Assembly: GCA_963726255.1 (NCBI GenBank)
Contig: CAVSBL010000002.1
Coordinates: 1,408,001-1,472,000 of the forward strand
Reading direction: 5' to 3'
From: Candidatus Bathyarchaeota archaeon
GTDB lineage: Archaea > Thermoproteota > Bathyarchaeia > 40CM-2-53-6
DNA: 64,000 nt
Part shown: piece by piece, positions 20,740 to 31,482 of the stretch
How positions within the stretch are numbered: the stretch's first letter is position 1
Layout: every line of letters starts with the position of its first letter
Notes under the pieces: generated by a model
The model's database searches: none
What the model saw: only the letters and a program-made list of their open reading frames with translations
What the model was told of the DNA's origin: nothing
Program-made: the position numbers and the translations under genes

Positions 20740-20964
20740 CTGGATGGATTATCCAGGCAACTACATGTAAAGCCTTCCTGCAGGAGTCTGATTCAGAGAG
20801 ACTTGCTCTCCCTGCACTTGCAGCCCTTTCGATTTCTAGCACGCTTTCCTCAAGCGCCCGCCTTCTTGGCTCGATCTTAGAGTGGACGAATCATCTATGA
20901 GGCTTAAATTTGCGCAGCACTCCCAAATTCGATTCGAGCTAGTCATAGGGGAGAACTGAGAAGG

Positions 20965-22545
20965 TTGTTCAGAACAAGAATCTTGATTTGCCTTGCAATT
21001 GTCCTGCTCATGGTAGGCGGTGCGACGCTTCCAATTCTCGCCTCCAACATGGACAATGCGCCTTCAAAGATTCAACACATCATCTTCATAATTCAAGAAA
21101 ACCATTCATTCGACAATTACTTCGGAACATACCCGGGCGCGAATGGTTTTCCTCTAGGAATCTCGATTCCGATCAATCCCAATCAAACGAACCTGGGGTT
21201 GGTTCAACCATTTCATCTGAATGTTGCACAGCCAATCTCGATAGTGGGCGACGAACTACCGCCAGGAATCAGCGACCCTTCACAACTGAACGAGACAATT
21301 TCCTTGGATCCGGATGATATTGGAAGTAGCTCGACTGGTCCATTCCCATTTAACAATGAGTCCATCGGACACGACCTAAGTCATGCATGGGCAGTAGCGC
21401 ACGAAGCATACGATAATGGTAAGATGGACGGATTCATAGCGGCGGAGAAGAGCACTCTAACTATGGGGTATTACGATCGGAACGATCTTCCATATTACTG
21501 GGATTATGCGGACAACTATGTCCTAGACGATAACTTCTTCTCGTCCCTGATGGGCCCCAGCTTTCCGAATCATCTTTACATAGTCTCAGGGACCAACGGA
21601 CCGACTAATGGATTAAACTACCGTTGGGTATTACATAACGGTGTGATCGATAACCCAGCCGGCGATTTTGGTTGGCAAGGCGTCAGCCTCTCGTGGGCAA
21701 CGCTTGCGGAAGAACTTAGCAACACGAACATCCAATGGGCTTGGTACGATGGGCAGGCGAGACCGCTGAGGCCTACAATCTGGAACGTTCTACCACTCTT
21801 CACCTACTTCCAGAATCACCCTGACCAGCTTACGGAGCATGTGAAGAACACACAATACTTCATTTCAGACATTCAAACCGGCCAGTTGCCAGCCGTTTCT
21901 TGGATCATTCCTGGAGAAGGAGCAGGAGCATGGCGTCCGCCTAGTTGGCCGGCGGTTTGCAATGGGCAGTCGACTAGTGAACACCCACCAGCTAGGAGCG
22001 ACTGTGGGATGGATTACGTATCGTACTTGGTCAATCAGGTGATGCAAAGCCAATACTGGCAGTCAACCGCAATCGTCCTGACCTGGGACGATTATGGAGG
22101 ATTCTACGACCATGTTGCCCCACCACAAGTAGATGAATACGGTGAGGGATTCAGGGTCCCAACCCTTGTAATCTCACCCTGGGCTAAACACCATTTCGTC
22201 GACCACACACAATATGAATTCGCCTCATTCTTGAAACTAGCAGAAGAAACCTTCAACCTACCATCACTCGGGACGAGGGACGTATCAGCGAACGATATGA
22301 TGAACTCGTTCGACTTCAACCAATCACCACAATCAGGGCGAATTGAGCCAGCGAATTTTGTAGGCCCCGCGCAATCATCGACAACAGCCCAGCTATCAAC
22401 CTCAATAACTGAAGCCACAAGCACTGAGTCAACATTGCTCTCGGAGACTGCATGGCTGTTCTATATCGTCTTGACCGTTGTGGTGGTTGCCGCAGCAGTC
22501 ATGGCCGCAGTTATAGTTCGTCGTTGGAGTATGAGGAAGAACTGA
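20965..22545 (+). CDS. Secreted, membrane-anchored phosphoesterase (phospholipase C/acid phosphatase family)
   Basis: Signal peptide, [35 protein letters not shown]; C-terminal TM. Confidence 0.88.
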   Translation: MFRTRILICLAIVLLMVGGATLPILASNMDNAPSKIQHIIFIIQENHSFDNYFGTYPGANGFPLGISIPINPNQTNLGLVQPFHLNVAQPISIVGDELPPGISDPSQLNETISLDPDDIGSSSTGPFPFNNESIGHDLSHAWAVAHEAYDNGKMDGFIAAEKSTLTMGYYDRNDLPYYWDYADNYVLDDNFFSSLMGPSFPNHLYIVSGTNGPTNGLNYRWVLHNGVIDNPAGDFGWQGVSLSWATLAEELSNTNIQWAWYDGQARPLRPTIWNVLPLFTYFQNHPDQLTEHVKNTQYFISDIQTGQLPAVSWIIPGEGAGAWRPPSWPAVCNGQSTSEHPPARSDCGMDYVSYLVNQVMQSQYWQSTAIVLTWDDYGGFYDHVAPPQVDEYGEGFRVPTLVISPWAKHHFVDHTQYEFASFLKLAEETFNLPSLGTRDVSANDMMNSFDFNQSPQSGRIEPANFVGPAQSSTTAQLSTSITEATSTESTLLSETAWLFYIVLTVVVVAAAVMAAVIVRRWSMRKN

Positions 22546-22591
22546 AATCGCAGGGGGCGACACGAATTAGGCATCCGCTAGTTCAATGGCT

Positions 22592-22921
22592 CTATTCTTT
22601 TCTCTCAACCGTTACCTTGCATCTTGTGACTAAGGCAGCTATGGCCCCGAGTGCTGCCAGCCATGGTGCCATTACGGCCCCGATTAATCCAGCAGTGACT
22701 GGTAGTTCAAGCAGCAACTTGTCCTGCTCGTCTCGAACGATGATTCTCGTCACATTCCCTTCGTGTACTAAGTTCTTAACTCTCGTCACTAATTCGTCCG
22801 CGTTGATCGAGAATTCTTCCGACACAGACTTGCCAACTCGTCTTCCGCAATTCAAGCAGTATTTCGCGGTCTCTGGTAAGTCAGTTTGACATTTTTCGCA
22901 GCGGACCATGATCTCGCTCAC
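22592..22921 (-). CDS. Zinc-ribbon + DUF4342-like protein
   Basis: CEKC...CLNCG followed by VKNLVHEGNVTRIIV...LELPVTAG. Confidence 0.75.
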   Translation of the reverse strand: MSEIMVRCEKCQTDLPETAKYCLNCGRRVGKSVSEEFSINADELVTRVKNLVHEGNVTRIIVRDEQDKLLLELPVTAGLIGAVMAPWLAALGAIAALVTRCKVTVERKE

Positions 22922-22945
22922 TACACTGTTTGGCTCTGCGGTCGA

Positions 22946-23980
22946 TCACCGCAAAGGTCTCATGAGAACCTCGCCAGGCGTTTTTCGAGGGGTAGGCTTG
23001 ACATTCCGCCCGTAGCCTAGCCGAAGGAGGAGTTGCGGGAACCCCTTCACGCCTAACGTATCACGAAGCTTAGCAAGCAGCTCAGGGACTTCAATCGGCT
23101 GATTCAGAAAGGACGCCCAGACGTCGTCAGCGCAAGCCCGTAACAATACCCTTTCCAAGGCTTGACCCCCCGACAACCAACCCTCTATGGTATTGGCATC
23201 TGTTCCGAGCACTGCCAAGACGGGGGATCCGGTGGCGAGCTGCCGATCTTTCGCAGCCTGCCCCTCGCCGAAGTCGAATGTTCGGACGACAATAGGCGCC
23301 AAGTTTGAAGTTAGCCCTTCTATACCCAGGGCGTAGCCGGGCATGCCATCATGGCTGACGGTACGATTGCGATGCATCCAGGCGGCCAATTCACGGCGAA
23401 AACTCGGGTTAGCCATTTGAATACGGTCACCTTCAGCGACTAAGTCAGCAACTTTGTTGCGGTCATTTTCATCAAGCACGAAATGAAGCCACGCACCTTC
23501 TTTGCTAGCAGCGGCTTCCAGCTCTGAGAGAACTTTTTCGGGAATATTCCGTGGCTCAAAGGGCATCCGGTTTGTGCGGCGTTGGGTTATTGCTTGGAAC
23601 AGCAAATCATCCTCAGCGGTCGGCTTTTTCCTCTTCCCAAAACTGACGCGTGCCAGCAGGTCGGGCTCAGCCTTCTTCGGGAGGGTTCTCACTTTACTTG
23701 CATAACCAAAATGGTGAAGAGCAATACGCAGGTTTAGAAGTGATGCCCCACAGGCCATAATTAATTCCCGATCCTCAGGGTCACAAACAGGTAAGGCCCG
23801 CCTGCGATCGGCATGTAACTCAACTTCGTCCCCGACGATCTTGAACAGCCAGGGTTGCGAATTATGCCCCGATGGTGCCAGGATGGCATAGTTCAGGAGG
23901 TATCGCAGCTTGTCGGAAGGCTTCCCTCTCTTCGGATACGGTCTCTCGGAAATTTCCCAAGGGTCCCATAACTCGGACAT
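22946..23980 (-). CDS. Acg-family FMN-binding nitroreductase-like protein
   Basis: APSGHNSQPW, RRTNR, NQPIEV, PQLLLRLGY. Confidence 0.85.
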   Translation of the reverse strand: MSELWDPWEISERPYPKRGKPSDKLRYLLNYAILAPSGHNSQPWLFKIVGDEVELHADRRRALPVCDPEDRELIMACGASLLNLRIALHHFGYASKVRTLPKKAEPDLLARVSFGKRKKPTAEDDLLFQAITQRRTNRMPFEPRNIPEKVLSELEAAASKEGAWLHFVLDENDRNKVADLVAEGDRIQMANPSFRRELAAWMHRNRTVSHDGMPGYALGIEGLTSNLAPIVVRTFDFGEGQAAKDRQLATGSPVLAVLGTDANTIEGWLSGGQALERVLLRACADDVWASFLNQPIEVPELLAKLRDTLGVKGFPQLLLRLGYGRNVKPTPRKTPGEVLMRPLR

Positions 23981-24107
23981 TTCAGAACGCCCCTGACTTC
24001 CGAAGACCCGGAGACCCCCAGCTATTAAGAGGATTGCCTAATTTTCTGGCCAGAACACCAAAAGTCTGTTAACGCGGGTCAACAAGTTTCGGTTTTGATG
24101 GCTCAGC

Positions 24108-25547
24108 ATGAAGGAGTACGATGTCATCGCGATAGGCACGGGTTCGCCAATGTACGTTCTCGAAGGGATGATCCAAAGGAACCCGAACATCAGGGTCGCC
24201 GTCATAGACAAAGACGAAGCTGGTGGCATATGCCTCACACGTGGGTGCATCCCCTCTAAGATTCTACTCTACCCTGCAGAAGTAGTTCGGACGATTCAAC
24301 GGGCCAGTACTTTTGCGATCGAGGTTGACTTGAAGAAAGTGAATTTCGCGAAGGTAATGAAGCGTATGCGAACGCTGATCGATAAAGACGTAGAATCAAT
24401 AAGGCAAGGTCTTTCCAGTTCACAGAACATCGACTACTTCCACGCCACCGCAGAATTTACCGGGCCGTACACACTGAAAGTTCAGGATGAAACGATCAGG
24501 TCGAAGATGATTCTCCTATCGACGGGTTCACAGACGATCATCCCACCAATCGATGGCTTAGAGGATACGGGTTACCTCACTAGCGACACAATCCTCTACG
24601 AGACCAAACTGCCTGGAAGCGTCGCTATCGTGGGTGGCGGTTACATCGCGGCCGAATATGGCCACTTCCTATCCGCGATGGGTTCGAAAGTCACAATAGT
24701 CGGCAGAAACCGGCAGTTCCTCCCACAAGAAGAACCTGAGGTATCCGCACTTGCGAAAGAAGAGCTGGGAAAGCACATGACAATTCTAACAAATCATGAG
24801 GCCACGCAAACGCGGAAGACACCTAGTGGCAAGAAGCAACTCCTAGCGGTCGATAGAGAAACGGGGCGGAAAAAACCGATTCTCGCTGACGAAATAATGA
24901 TCGCGACGGGACGGGGGCCTGGCACGGAGATCTTACGTCCTGATCGTGCTGGAATCAAGACTGACGCGAAGGGGTGGATTGTGGTCGACGAATTCTTGCA
25001 AACGACGTCCCCAAACGTCTGGGCGTTCGGCGACGCGAACGGCAAATACCTTTTCAAACATAAAGCCAACTACGATGCCGAAGTAGTCTATTACAACGCC
25101 GTTCTGGGTAGGAAGGTCCCCTACGACTACCATGCCGTTCCACACGCTGTCTTCACAGACCCTGAAATCGCAAGCGTCGGGCTGAGAGAGAAAGAGGCGC
25201 TGGAGCGCTTTGGCTCGGACAGGATTATGATCGGCTTTGAACGGTATGAAGATACCGCCAAGGGAGAAGCTATGGCTCTGAAGAACTACTTCGTGAAGGT
25301 GATCTTGGAAACGGACACCTTCCGGATTCTGGGCGCTCACATCATCGGCCCAGAGGCATCCGTTCTGATTCAAGAGATAATTAATCTCATGTACACGCCG
25401 GAACAGAGCGCGCGCCCCCTGATGGTTGCAATGCACATACACCCCGCGCTGAGCGAGGTAGTTCAGCGAGCCTTCGGATCGTTAATGACACCTGAACAAT
25501 ACCACCACCAGCTAAGCCACATGATGACCGACGAAGAACATCACTGA
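24108..25547 (+). CDS. Dihydrolipoamide dehydrogenase/mycothione reductase-like disulfide oxidoreductase
   Basis: GGICLTRGCIPSK, GGGYIAAE, GDANG, HIHPALSE. Confidence 0.88.
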   Translation: MKEYDVIAIGTGSPMYVLEGMIQRNPNIRVAVIDKDEAGGICLTRGCIPSKILLYPAEVVRTIQRASTFAIEVDLKKVNFAKVMKRMRTLIDKDVESIRQGLSSSQNIDYFHATAEFTGPYTLKVQDETIRSKMILLSTGSQTIIPPIDGLEDTGYLTSDTILYETKLPGSVAIVGGGYIAAEYGHFLSAMGSKVTIVGRNRQFLPQEEPEVSALAKEELGKHMTILTNHEATQTRKTPSGKKQLLAVDRETGRKKPILADEIMIATGRGPGTEILRPDRAGIKTDAKGWIVVDEFLQTTSPNVWAFGDANGKYLFKHKANYDAEVVYYNAVLGRKVPYDYHAVPHAVFTDPEIASVGLREKEALERFGSDRIMIGFERYEDTAKGEAMALKNYFVKVILETDTFRILGAHIIGPEASVLIQEIINLMYTPEQSARPLMVAMHIHPALSEVVQRAFGSLMTPEQYHHQLSHMMTDEEHH

Positions 25548-25803
25548 AACGTATTTCCTTAAGCCACGATGGAGTCCTTCGCTTTTGGGTTGGGATTCAC
25601 ATTGTTCACTCTAGCCTCAATCATGTCTGCCCGATAGAGTCAATCGAACAGCGAAAATGAGAGAACAGGATGTACAGTCACGACAGAAATCAGGAACGCC
25701 ACCATTAATGCGCCCAAGGCTGGAGTCATTGAGACGACACTTCTCGAGGCCCTTTCACCTGTAACCTTGTTTAGATGATACCATTCGAGGGAGGATTCTT
25801 GCA

Positions 25804-26220
25804 ATGATTAGGGTTGTTCGATTCGAGGAATCCGTGGCGGACAGTATTCTCAGCTGTGCCCTTGACGCGTACCCTAATGAGGCGATTCTTCTCTTGCGCG
25901 GTAAGGTAGGTAAAGATGAGATACTCATCAATGACGTTTTGATTCCACCTCTCGCTACACATGGACGGGGATTCTCCAATTTCCGGAGCATCATGCTTCC
26001 AATGGACCTGAGTGTGATGGGAGTCGCACATTCGCATCCCTCCGGTTCGCTTCGACCTTCAATCCATGACTTGAACCATTTCTACGGGAGGATCATGGTA
26101 ATCACAGCTTACCCATACCAATCCTACCGTGATATCGGAGTCTTCAACAGCCACGGTGACAGACTCTTACATGAAGTAGTGCCGGACCATAAGCAGCCAA
26201 GCGATGACTTGACTTATTGA
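25804..26220 (+). CDS. JAMM/MPN+ metalloprotease
   Basis: YPNE plus HSHPSGSLRPSIHD JAMM motif. Confidence 0.88.
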   Translation: MIRVVRFEESVADSILSCALDAYPNEAILLLRGKVGKDEILINDVLIPPLATHGRGFSNFRSIMLPMDLSVMGVAHSHPSGSLRPSIHDLNHFYGRIMVITAYPYQSYRDIGVFNSHGDRLLHEVVPDHKQPSDDLTY

Positions 26221-26387
26221 ACGCTGCACTCGCAACTATCGTAGGCCGGCTACTTGGAATCTACATGTCAAGATAATATCTATGCTACCCGGATGGGGAA
26301 GCTTGTTACTCCTATCATTAGTCCCAAAGCAGAGTTTCGCGTACGCCTTTGAGCTGATCTGTTTCCCAATACTATCACAGTTATGCA

Positions 26388-26525
26388 TTACGCCTGTTGC
26401 TGGAGGATCAGAATTCCGAAGTATACGGCTAGACCCACGTAGAGAACTAGCTCTAATTGGTCAGGGAGGAGATAACCCAGTGAAACTCCCTTGGCGGCTA
26501 CCCACTCCAACGCATCCCTAATCAT
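26388..26525 (-). CDS. Small (45 aa) membrane protein, paralogue of 29451..29699
   Basis: Manual translation MIRDALEWVAAKGVSLGYLLPDQLELVLYVGLAVYFGILILQQQA; about half identical to the paralogue. Confidence 0.65.
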   Translation of the reverse strand: MIRDALEWVAAKGVSLGYLLPDQLELVLYVGLAVYFGILILQQQA

Positions 26526-26577
26526 CAAAATCGTCCTCGACACAGCTACTCAAATCCATCAGCGCAACATCAAGTCT

Positions 26578-26754
26578 TCAGGCTTGACCTGTTCCCTCTC
26601 CTCGGTAGTGAGGACTTAGGTCGTGTTTTCCGCAGTAGTGTCCCTTCAATCGCAATTTTGTGCTGAATCTTCTTTCGCAAAGTAGACACCTGTAGATGCC
26701 GATGATGGGTAGGGAAGTTGCTTTCCGTTCATCGAGTTGGAATATCTGACTCAA
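26578..26754 (-). CDS. Small C2H2 zinc-finger protein (58 aa)
   Basis: TTG start; YRCLLCERRFSTKLRLKGHYCGKH matches Y-x-C-x2-C-x3-F-x5-L-x2-H-x4-H. Confidence 0.65.
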   Translation of the reverse strand: MSQIFQLDERKATSLPIIGIYRCLLCERRFSTKLRLKGHYCGKHDLSPHYRGEGTGQA

Positions 26755-26972
26755 TTTCTGCGCCTTTGACTACGCCATGCAGTTGGGTTGAATATAATCA
26801 GGATTCACCTTCGGTGTACACCATTAACCGCATTGGGTTGGATAGTACGCTTATCGTTTTCCCAAGACATCAGCGCTAATTCATTTCGGCATGTTGATAA
26901 TCAACTGGCCTTCCATGCGGAGTAAGTATCCTCACTATATTCGAGTGACTGTAACTGACAGAGTCGAACCCA

Positions 26973-27245
26973 TTGGCCGAGAAGAAGCCCACGCAACCTG
27001 GCAGAAAATCCCCAGTGCAAATAAGGTTCGAGATTCTAGAGTTTCTCTTCTATAATGCTGGGCCTCATTCTAGGACATCCCTTTGGCGTCACGCTACTCA
27101 GCTTTCATACGATGACTTCCAACGCTATCTAGAATACTTGAGAACTAAGGGTTTCATCGAAGAATCGGAAGGGGAAATTCGACTGTCTGCGGAGGGAAGA
27201 GATGTTTACGTTAAGCTCAAAGAAACGCTTCCGTCGATTTTGTGA
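26973..27245 (+). CDS. Winged-helix DNA-binding protein
   Basis: RKSPVQIRFEIL...LSYDDFQRYLEYL..KGFI...LSAEGR. Confidence 0.75.
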   Translation: MAEKKPTQPGRKSPVQIRFEILEFLFYNAGPHSRTSLWRHATQLSYDDFQRYLEYLRTKGFIEESEGEIRLSAEGRDVYVKLKETLPSIL

Positions 27246-27308
27246 GAGACAATACACCAATGGTGAGTTATGCCTATACCTTCCCAGTTCGGTACGGAAT
27301 AGTCAGCG

Positions 27309-27683
27309 ATGTCAGACAATAGCGAAGAATACCCAGTCACTGGACTTCACGCATTCTTGCGAGAAGCCTCAGATGAGTTCCGAAGATTCCGTTTTCAGGC
27401 TAAAGTCAATCTCATAGGCTCGATCATTCTGCTTCTCTTTCTTTCACGCTTTCTCATTTTCGCAGTTGGAAGGTACGGACCTACACCGTTTAGAGCCCCC
27501 GAGGTGGAGTATGAACCGCATTTCGAATTCCTGGACTTCTTTCTCTTATTGGCCTCGCTAGCTGCTGTGTTGTGGTCTCTGTATGTGTGGATTGGGCAAC
27601 GACGATTTGTTTCACGGTGGGGGGAGAGATTTGAGAGACTCGACGCTTTGGAAAAACGATTCCTCCCCGACGATTCCTCCTAG
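27309..27683 (+). CDS. Two-TM hypothetical membrane protein
   Basis: Two hydrophobic stretches; follows the wHTH gene. Confidence 0.6.
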   Translation: MSDNSEEYPVTGLHAFLREASDEFRRFRFQAKVNLIGSIILLLFLSRFLIFAVGRYGPTPFRAPEVEYEPHFEFLDFFLLLASLAAVLWSLYVWIGQRRFVSRWGERFERLDALEKRFLPDDSS

Positions 27684-27843
27684 CGTAAACACCACAAGTT
27701 GACTACGAACCTCCGTCGCCTGACTTGCGGGCCGGGACTAAGCGACTGTAGGAGATGAAGCGCCAAATGCACCTCTGGTGCGCACCAGAAATGGCGTCTG
27801 CTTAAATGATACTCGCCGCGTGGATGCCCAGTGTGAAGCAGTT

Positions 27844-28629
27844 ATGGAACCAGCCGTACACCGCACTTCGGTGAACCCGGCTCTATCAATAGGCCTGCTG
27901 TGGCCACTACGAATCTTCATGGGCTTTACGTTTCTTTATGCGGGCCTCCAGCACCTGACGGACCCTTCCTATTTCGACCCGTCGAAATCAGGCTATATCG
28001 GGCATTTAATATCGCAATATGCGGTTGGTTCACCAATTCACGATTTCCTTCTTGGCGTTGTTGCTCCGAACGCGGCTACCTTCGGCTACGTTGTCGCCAT
28101 GGGAGAATCGTTGATTGGAGTAGCTGTTCTACTTGGTTTTCTGTTCAGATTCGCCGCATTCGCCGGCTTGATTCTGAATTTCACATTCTTTCTGTCCGCC
28201 ACTTGGGGTGCGTTTCCGTTCTATTTTGGTTCCGATATCGTTTTCGTGATGTGCTGGTTGACGCTGCTATTGACTGGGCCACAGGGACAAAGCGTAGATG
28301 GAGCGTTGGCGACGCGGTTTCATTCTCTCGGTTGGCTGGTAGTTAGGCCCGTTCAGGTGAGCGCGGTCGCAGCTCCGGCAAGTGCACAGACAAGTGGGAC
28401 TCCGGTTCCCCTTGCGAGAAGAGCGAGCCTGTATCCGAAACAGGTGCTTGAGGTGAATAAGGCATTTGACCGAATCAAACAGCAGTTCGTTTCGCATCGC
28501 GAGACGGTGACGATACTTGAGTTTGTTCGCGCATTCGTGATCAGCTTAGGCGTGGACCGTGCTGATACGCCGAGGCTCTTGAATGGAATTCAGGCTCTTA
28601 TCAACCGCAAAGGAGTTGATGGCCCTTGA
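27844..28629 (+). CDS. DoxX/DoxD (thiosulfate:quinone oxidoreductase small-subunit-like) membrane protein
   Basis: PLRIFMGFTFLYAGLQHLTDP...GESLIGVAVLLG...FLSATW...YFGSD. Confidence 0.8.
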   Translation: MEPAVHRTSVNPALSIGLLWPLRIFMGFTFLYAGLQHLTDPSYFDPSKSGYIGHLISQYAVGSPIHDFLLGVVAPNAATFGYVVAMGESLIGVAVLLGFLFRFAAFAGLILNFTFFLSATWGAFPFYFGSDIVFVMCWLTLLLTGPQGQSVDGALATRFHSLGWLVVRPVQVSAVAAPASAQTSGTPVPLARRASLYPKQVLEVNKAFDRIKQQFVSHRETVTILEFVRAFVISLGVDRADTPRLLNGIQALINRKGVDGP

Positions 28630-29261
28630 CGACGGAGGAGGTAAATCAGACCGCGGAGCGGCTGGTGGAAAAATATAGTATGCAAGTTCCAAAGGAAATT
28701 GCAGACTCAGTTTTCATTGGCCGGCCGAGAGTTCCGGTGTTACTTGCCCGTGCATCTTTTCGGCCTGACGTTGATGTTCGGACGGAGCAGCGGACGCAGT
28801 TTCAACGAGAGCGTAGAAACTTCCTTCACACAATGCTCGGACTTGCAGCGGTCTCCGTCACTGGGTTATTCTTGTTGAAGATCGCCTCTGCCCCCAGCTC
28901 CCAGCCCCTGCCGACCACATACGCGTCAAACGCCGCTGCCACCCATAGCGGTCAACTGCTTGCAAATGCCGCGAATATCCCCCCGAACCAGTCATTAACC
29001 TTCAATGACCCAGCCGTAGGCCCAATAGTTCTAATTCACCTAGACAATGGGCAATTTGTCACTTACAGTTCCATTTGCACTCACGCTGGATGCCAGGTTC
29101 AGTTTGACCCCTCGGCGAAGGATTTGGCCTGCCCCTGCCATGGTGCAGTATATGACCCGTACAACAATGCGCAAGTGTTGGCGGGACCAGCACCCTATCC
29201 GCTGCAAAAAATCCAAATACAATACGACTCGTCAACAGGCAACATCTACTTGACTGGTTGA
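28626..29261 (+). CDS. Rieske [2Fe-2S] protein
   Basis: CTHAGC and CPCHGAVY boxes, GPAPYPL; internal RRNFL Tat motif followed by a TM segment. Confidence 0.9.
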   Translation: MTTEEVNQTAERLVEKYSMQVPKEIADSVFIGRPRVPVLLARASFRPDVDVRTEQRTQFQRERRNFLHTMLGLAAVSVTGLFLLKIASAPSSQPLPTTYASNAAATHSGQLLANAANIPPNQSLTFNDPAVGPIVLIHLDNGQFVTYSSICTHAGCQVQFDPSAKDLACPCHGAVYDPYNNAQVLAGPAPYPLQKIQIQYDSSTGNIYLTG

Positions 29262-29450
29262 AGTGGAATATGGAACCGCCGTGAGGAATTCTCAGGGAAT
29301 CAACCTTCTCCATTTCATGAGATTGTGATTAGCACGCTTCGAGAACTCAGTCAAAGCTGCCGGTGACGGCCTCGGTGGTTTTTCGGTAAAGTCTCTTTTG
29401 AAAAGACGTAGCTCGATCCGTGGCGATCGGTAGCCAATCTAAGCTAGGAG

Positions 29451-29699
29451 ATGATTCATCCATTACCATTATATGCTAACTACACGCCGTCGTTCCATTT
29501 ATCGGCGCACATGGAGAAGACAGATTCATTGAAACTGAACGTCCATCTCAGGCCAAAGTCGATTGCTGACGCGACAGTGAACTGGTTACTGGCTAACGCG
29601 AGGTCGTTCAGTTACCTATTGCCCGATAGCTTAGAGCTAGGGCTTTATCTTGGCCTTGCGGCATATTTCGCATTCCAAATGGCTCAACAGCAAGCGTAG
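29451..29699 (+). CDS. Small membrane protein, paralogue of 26388..26525 (start uncertain)
   Basis: C-terminal WLLANARSFSYLLPDSLELGLYLGLAAYFAFQMAQQQA. Confidence 0.6.
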   Translation: MIHPLPLYANYTPSFHLSAHMEKTDSLKLNVHLRPKSIADATVNWLLANARSFSYLLPDSLELGLYLGLAAYFAFQMAQQQA

Positions 29700-29992
29700 G
29701 CGACTGTTGAGGTCGCTAAAGACTTGAGTAAAGAGAAAAAGTCCACAAGGAAACAAGACAGAGTTCACAATCGAGCTCTGGTGTTGACAACAATCGACCT
29801 GACAAATGGCTTGGAGGGCGAACGCTCTTGGTTTTCCTTTGCAGAACTTGGCCGATGGTGAACGGTGCAGAGAACAGATGCGGATAATTCAAAAACGCAC
29901 AATGGGCTTCATGGTCCGTGTGAATCGCATTCCTCGTACGGACCACGTCTCCTAATAGTCAGCCCGTCCGTTATGTCTACGTAGTGTAGAGT

Positions 29993-31147
29993 CTGAAAGC
30001 CATTCTCGTAGAGTGCCTTACTCCGGACACCAAACCGCGAATGAATGAATTAAGTGATATTGCGAAGACTGCCGGTTACGACGTAGTCGGACAAGTTACG
30101 CAACAACGGGACGCGGTAGATGGAGCGTTTTGTGTTGGCAAAGGAAAGATAGACGAGATCGCGAAGCTTGTTCGAAAGGACCCAGTTGATGCGGTGGTTT
30201 TTACTCGACAACTTTCCGCAGGTCAGGTGTTCAGGATCAAGAAGAAGCTTGGTGAGGAGGTCCGGGTTCTAGACAGGAATCTGCTCATCCTGGAAGTGTT
30301 TGATAAACGCGGTGCCACAGCCGAGGCTAAGCTCCAGGTATCGTTGGCGAGGTTACGGTACACGTTCTCTTGGGGTAGGGAATCGATACGCATGCGCGGA
30401 ATCGTCAGCGAACAAATGGGACGAGGAGGCCCCGGCCGTTACCCGTACGAGTCATACGAAGCCATGTCCCGCAAGCGTATTAGCAAGATCGAGGGCGAAC
30501 TCCGGGAAATAAGGTCGAAACAGTCCCGCCTCCGAACGCACCGAGGAAAAGCAGGTTTCCGGATCGTGGCTTTGACGGGTTACACGCAGAGCGGAAAGAC
30601 GACATTGTTCAACAGGTTGGCGTCTGAATCAAAAGAAGTGGGCTTGGGACCATTCACGACATTATCCAGCTTTGCACGAAAGATTCCCATGGAATCGGGG
30701 TCCCCGTTCATTATGGTCGACTCAATCGGATTTATCGAGGAATTGAACCCGTTACTCCTAAACGCGTTTCGTACTACGTTGAGTGAACTCGCAAATTCAG
30801 ACCTAGTTCTCTTGTTCGTTGACGGTAGCGATGATATTGAAACGGTGATCAGAAAGACATCGGCATCTCATGAGGCCATGCAGAAGGAAGTCCCTGGAGT
30901 TCCAATTCTCGTCTGCGTCAATAAGATAGATATCGCAACACGTGAACACTTGGACAAGGTCCTGAAGGAAGTTCGCAGAATATTCGAAACAGAGGAGATA
31001 ATCGAGATCAGCTCCAAAACAGGGGCTAATGAATCTGACCTCCTCAGCAAGATTGGAAAAAGACTAGCTACCACCCACCCGATTCTCAAGCACGAGTTGA
31101 CGCAAACGACCCTTTCACGAAAGAACCGAATGTATCCTAGACTGTGA
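29993..31147 (+). CDS. hflX: GTPase HflX (probable CTG start at 29993)
   Basis: VGKGK, DRNLLILEVF, EAKLQV, GYTQSGKT, FTTL, DSIGFI, NKID. Confidence 0.9.
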   Translation: MKAILVECLTPDTKPRMNELSDIAKTAGYDVVGQVTQQRDAVDGAFCVGKGKIDEIAKLVRKDPVDAVVFTRQLSAGQVFRIKKKLGEEVRVLDRNLLILEVFDKRGATAEAKLQVSLARLRYTFSWGRESIRMRGIVSEQMGRGGPGRYPYESYEAMSRKRISKIEGELREIRSKQSRLRTHRGKAGFRIVALTGYTQSGKTTLFNRLASESKEVGLGPFTTLSSFARKIPMESGSPFIMVDSIGFIEELNPLLLNAFRTTLSELANSDLVLLFVDGSDDIETVIRKTSASHEAMQKEVPGVPILVCVNKIDIATREHLDKVLKEVRRIFETEEIIEISSKTGANESDLLSKIGKRLATTHPILKHELTQTTLSRKNRMYPRL

Positions 31148-31175
31148 ATCCGCGCACGTCATCGGGTTGCAGGGT

Positions 31176-31418
31176 TCAGTATTGTTGCAGGTTCTGTATC
31201 TTACGTGAGGTTAGGTTCACCGTTACGGTGAAGAAGAATTTTCTGTCTTCGTTTCTTATTCTATAGCTGCCGGTAACTCCGACATCGCCCATTGCGTCAG
31301 GAGACATCTGGCCTTCAATTGCAAAGTCGTCGAGAGCCGAGCCAACTTTGGATTCTAAGTAGTTCTTGATTAGCTGATACAATTCGCTCGGAGGTGTTTT
31401 GGTTTCCAAATATTCCAC
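31176..31418 (-). CDS. Small hypothetical protein
   Basis: 80 aa ORF filling the gap, same strand as the TRAM gene. Confidence 0.5.
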   Translation of the reverse strand: MEYLETKTPPSELYQLIKNYLESKVGSALDDFAIEGQMSPDAMGDVGVTGSYRIRNEDRKFFFTVTVNLTSRKIQNLQQY

Positions 31419-31482
31419 CTCGATTCCGTGTAAGGTTGAACTTTAAAAAAATAGGGATTCGGGAGAGATCCTCCCAGAAGTT

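Noticed and set aside
20740-20964. Riboswitch upstream of the ECF S component
   Set aside because: No TPP, FMN, cobalamin or other consensus recognised by eye.
25804-26220. Ubiquitin-like or CBASS system around the JAMM gene
   Set aside because: No E1, E2, Ubl or cyclase neighbours; it looks like a stand-alone archaeal JAMM protease.
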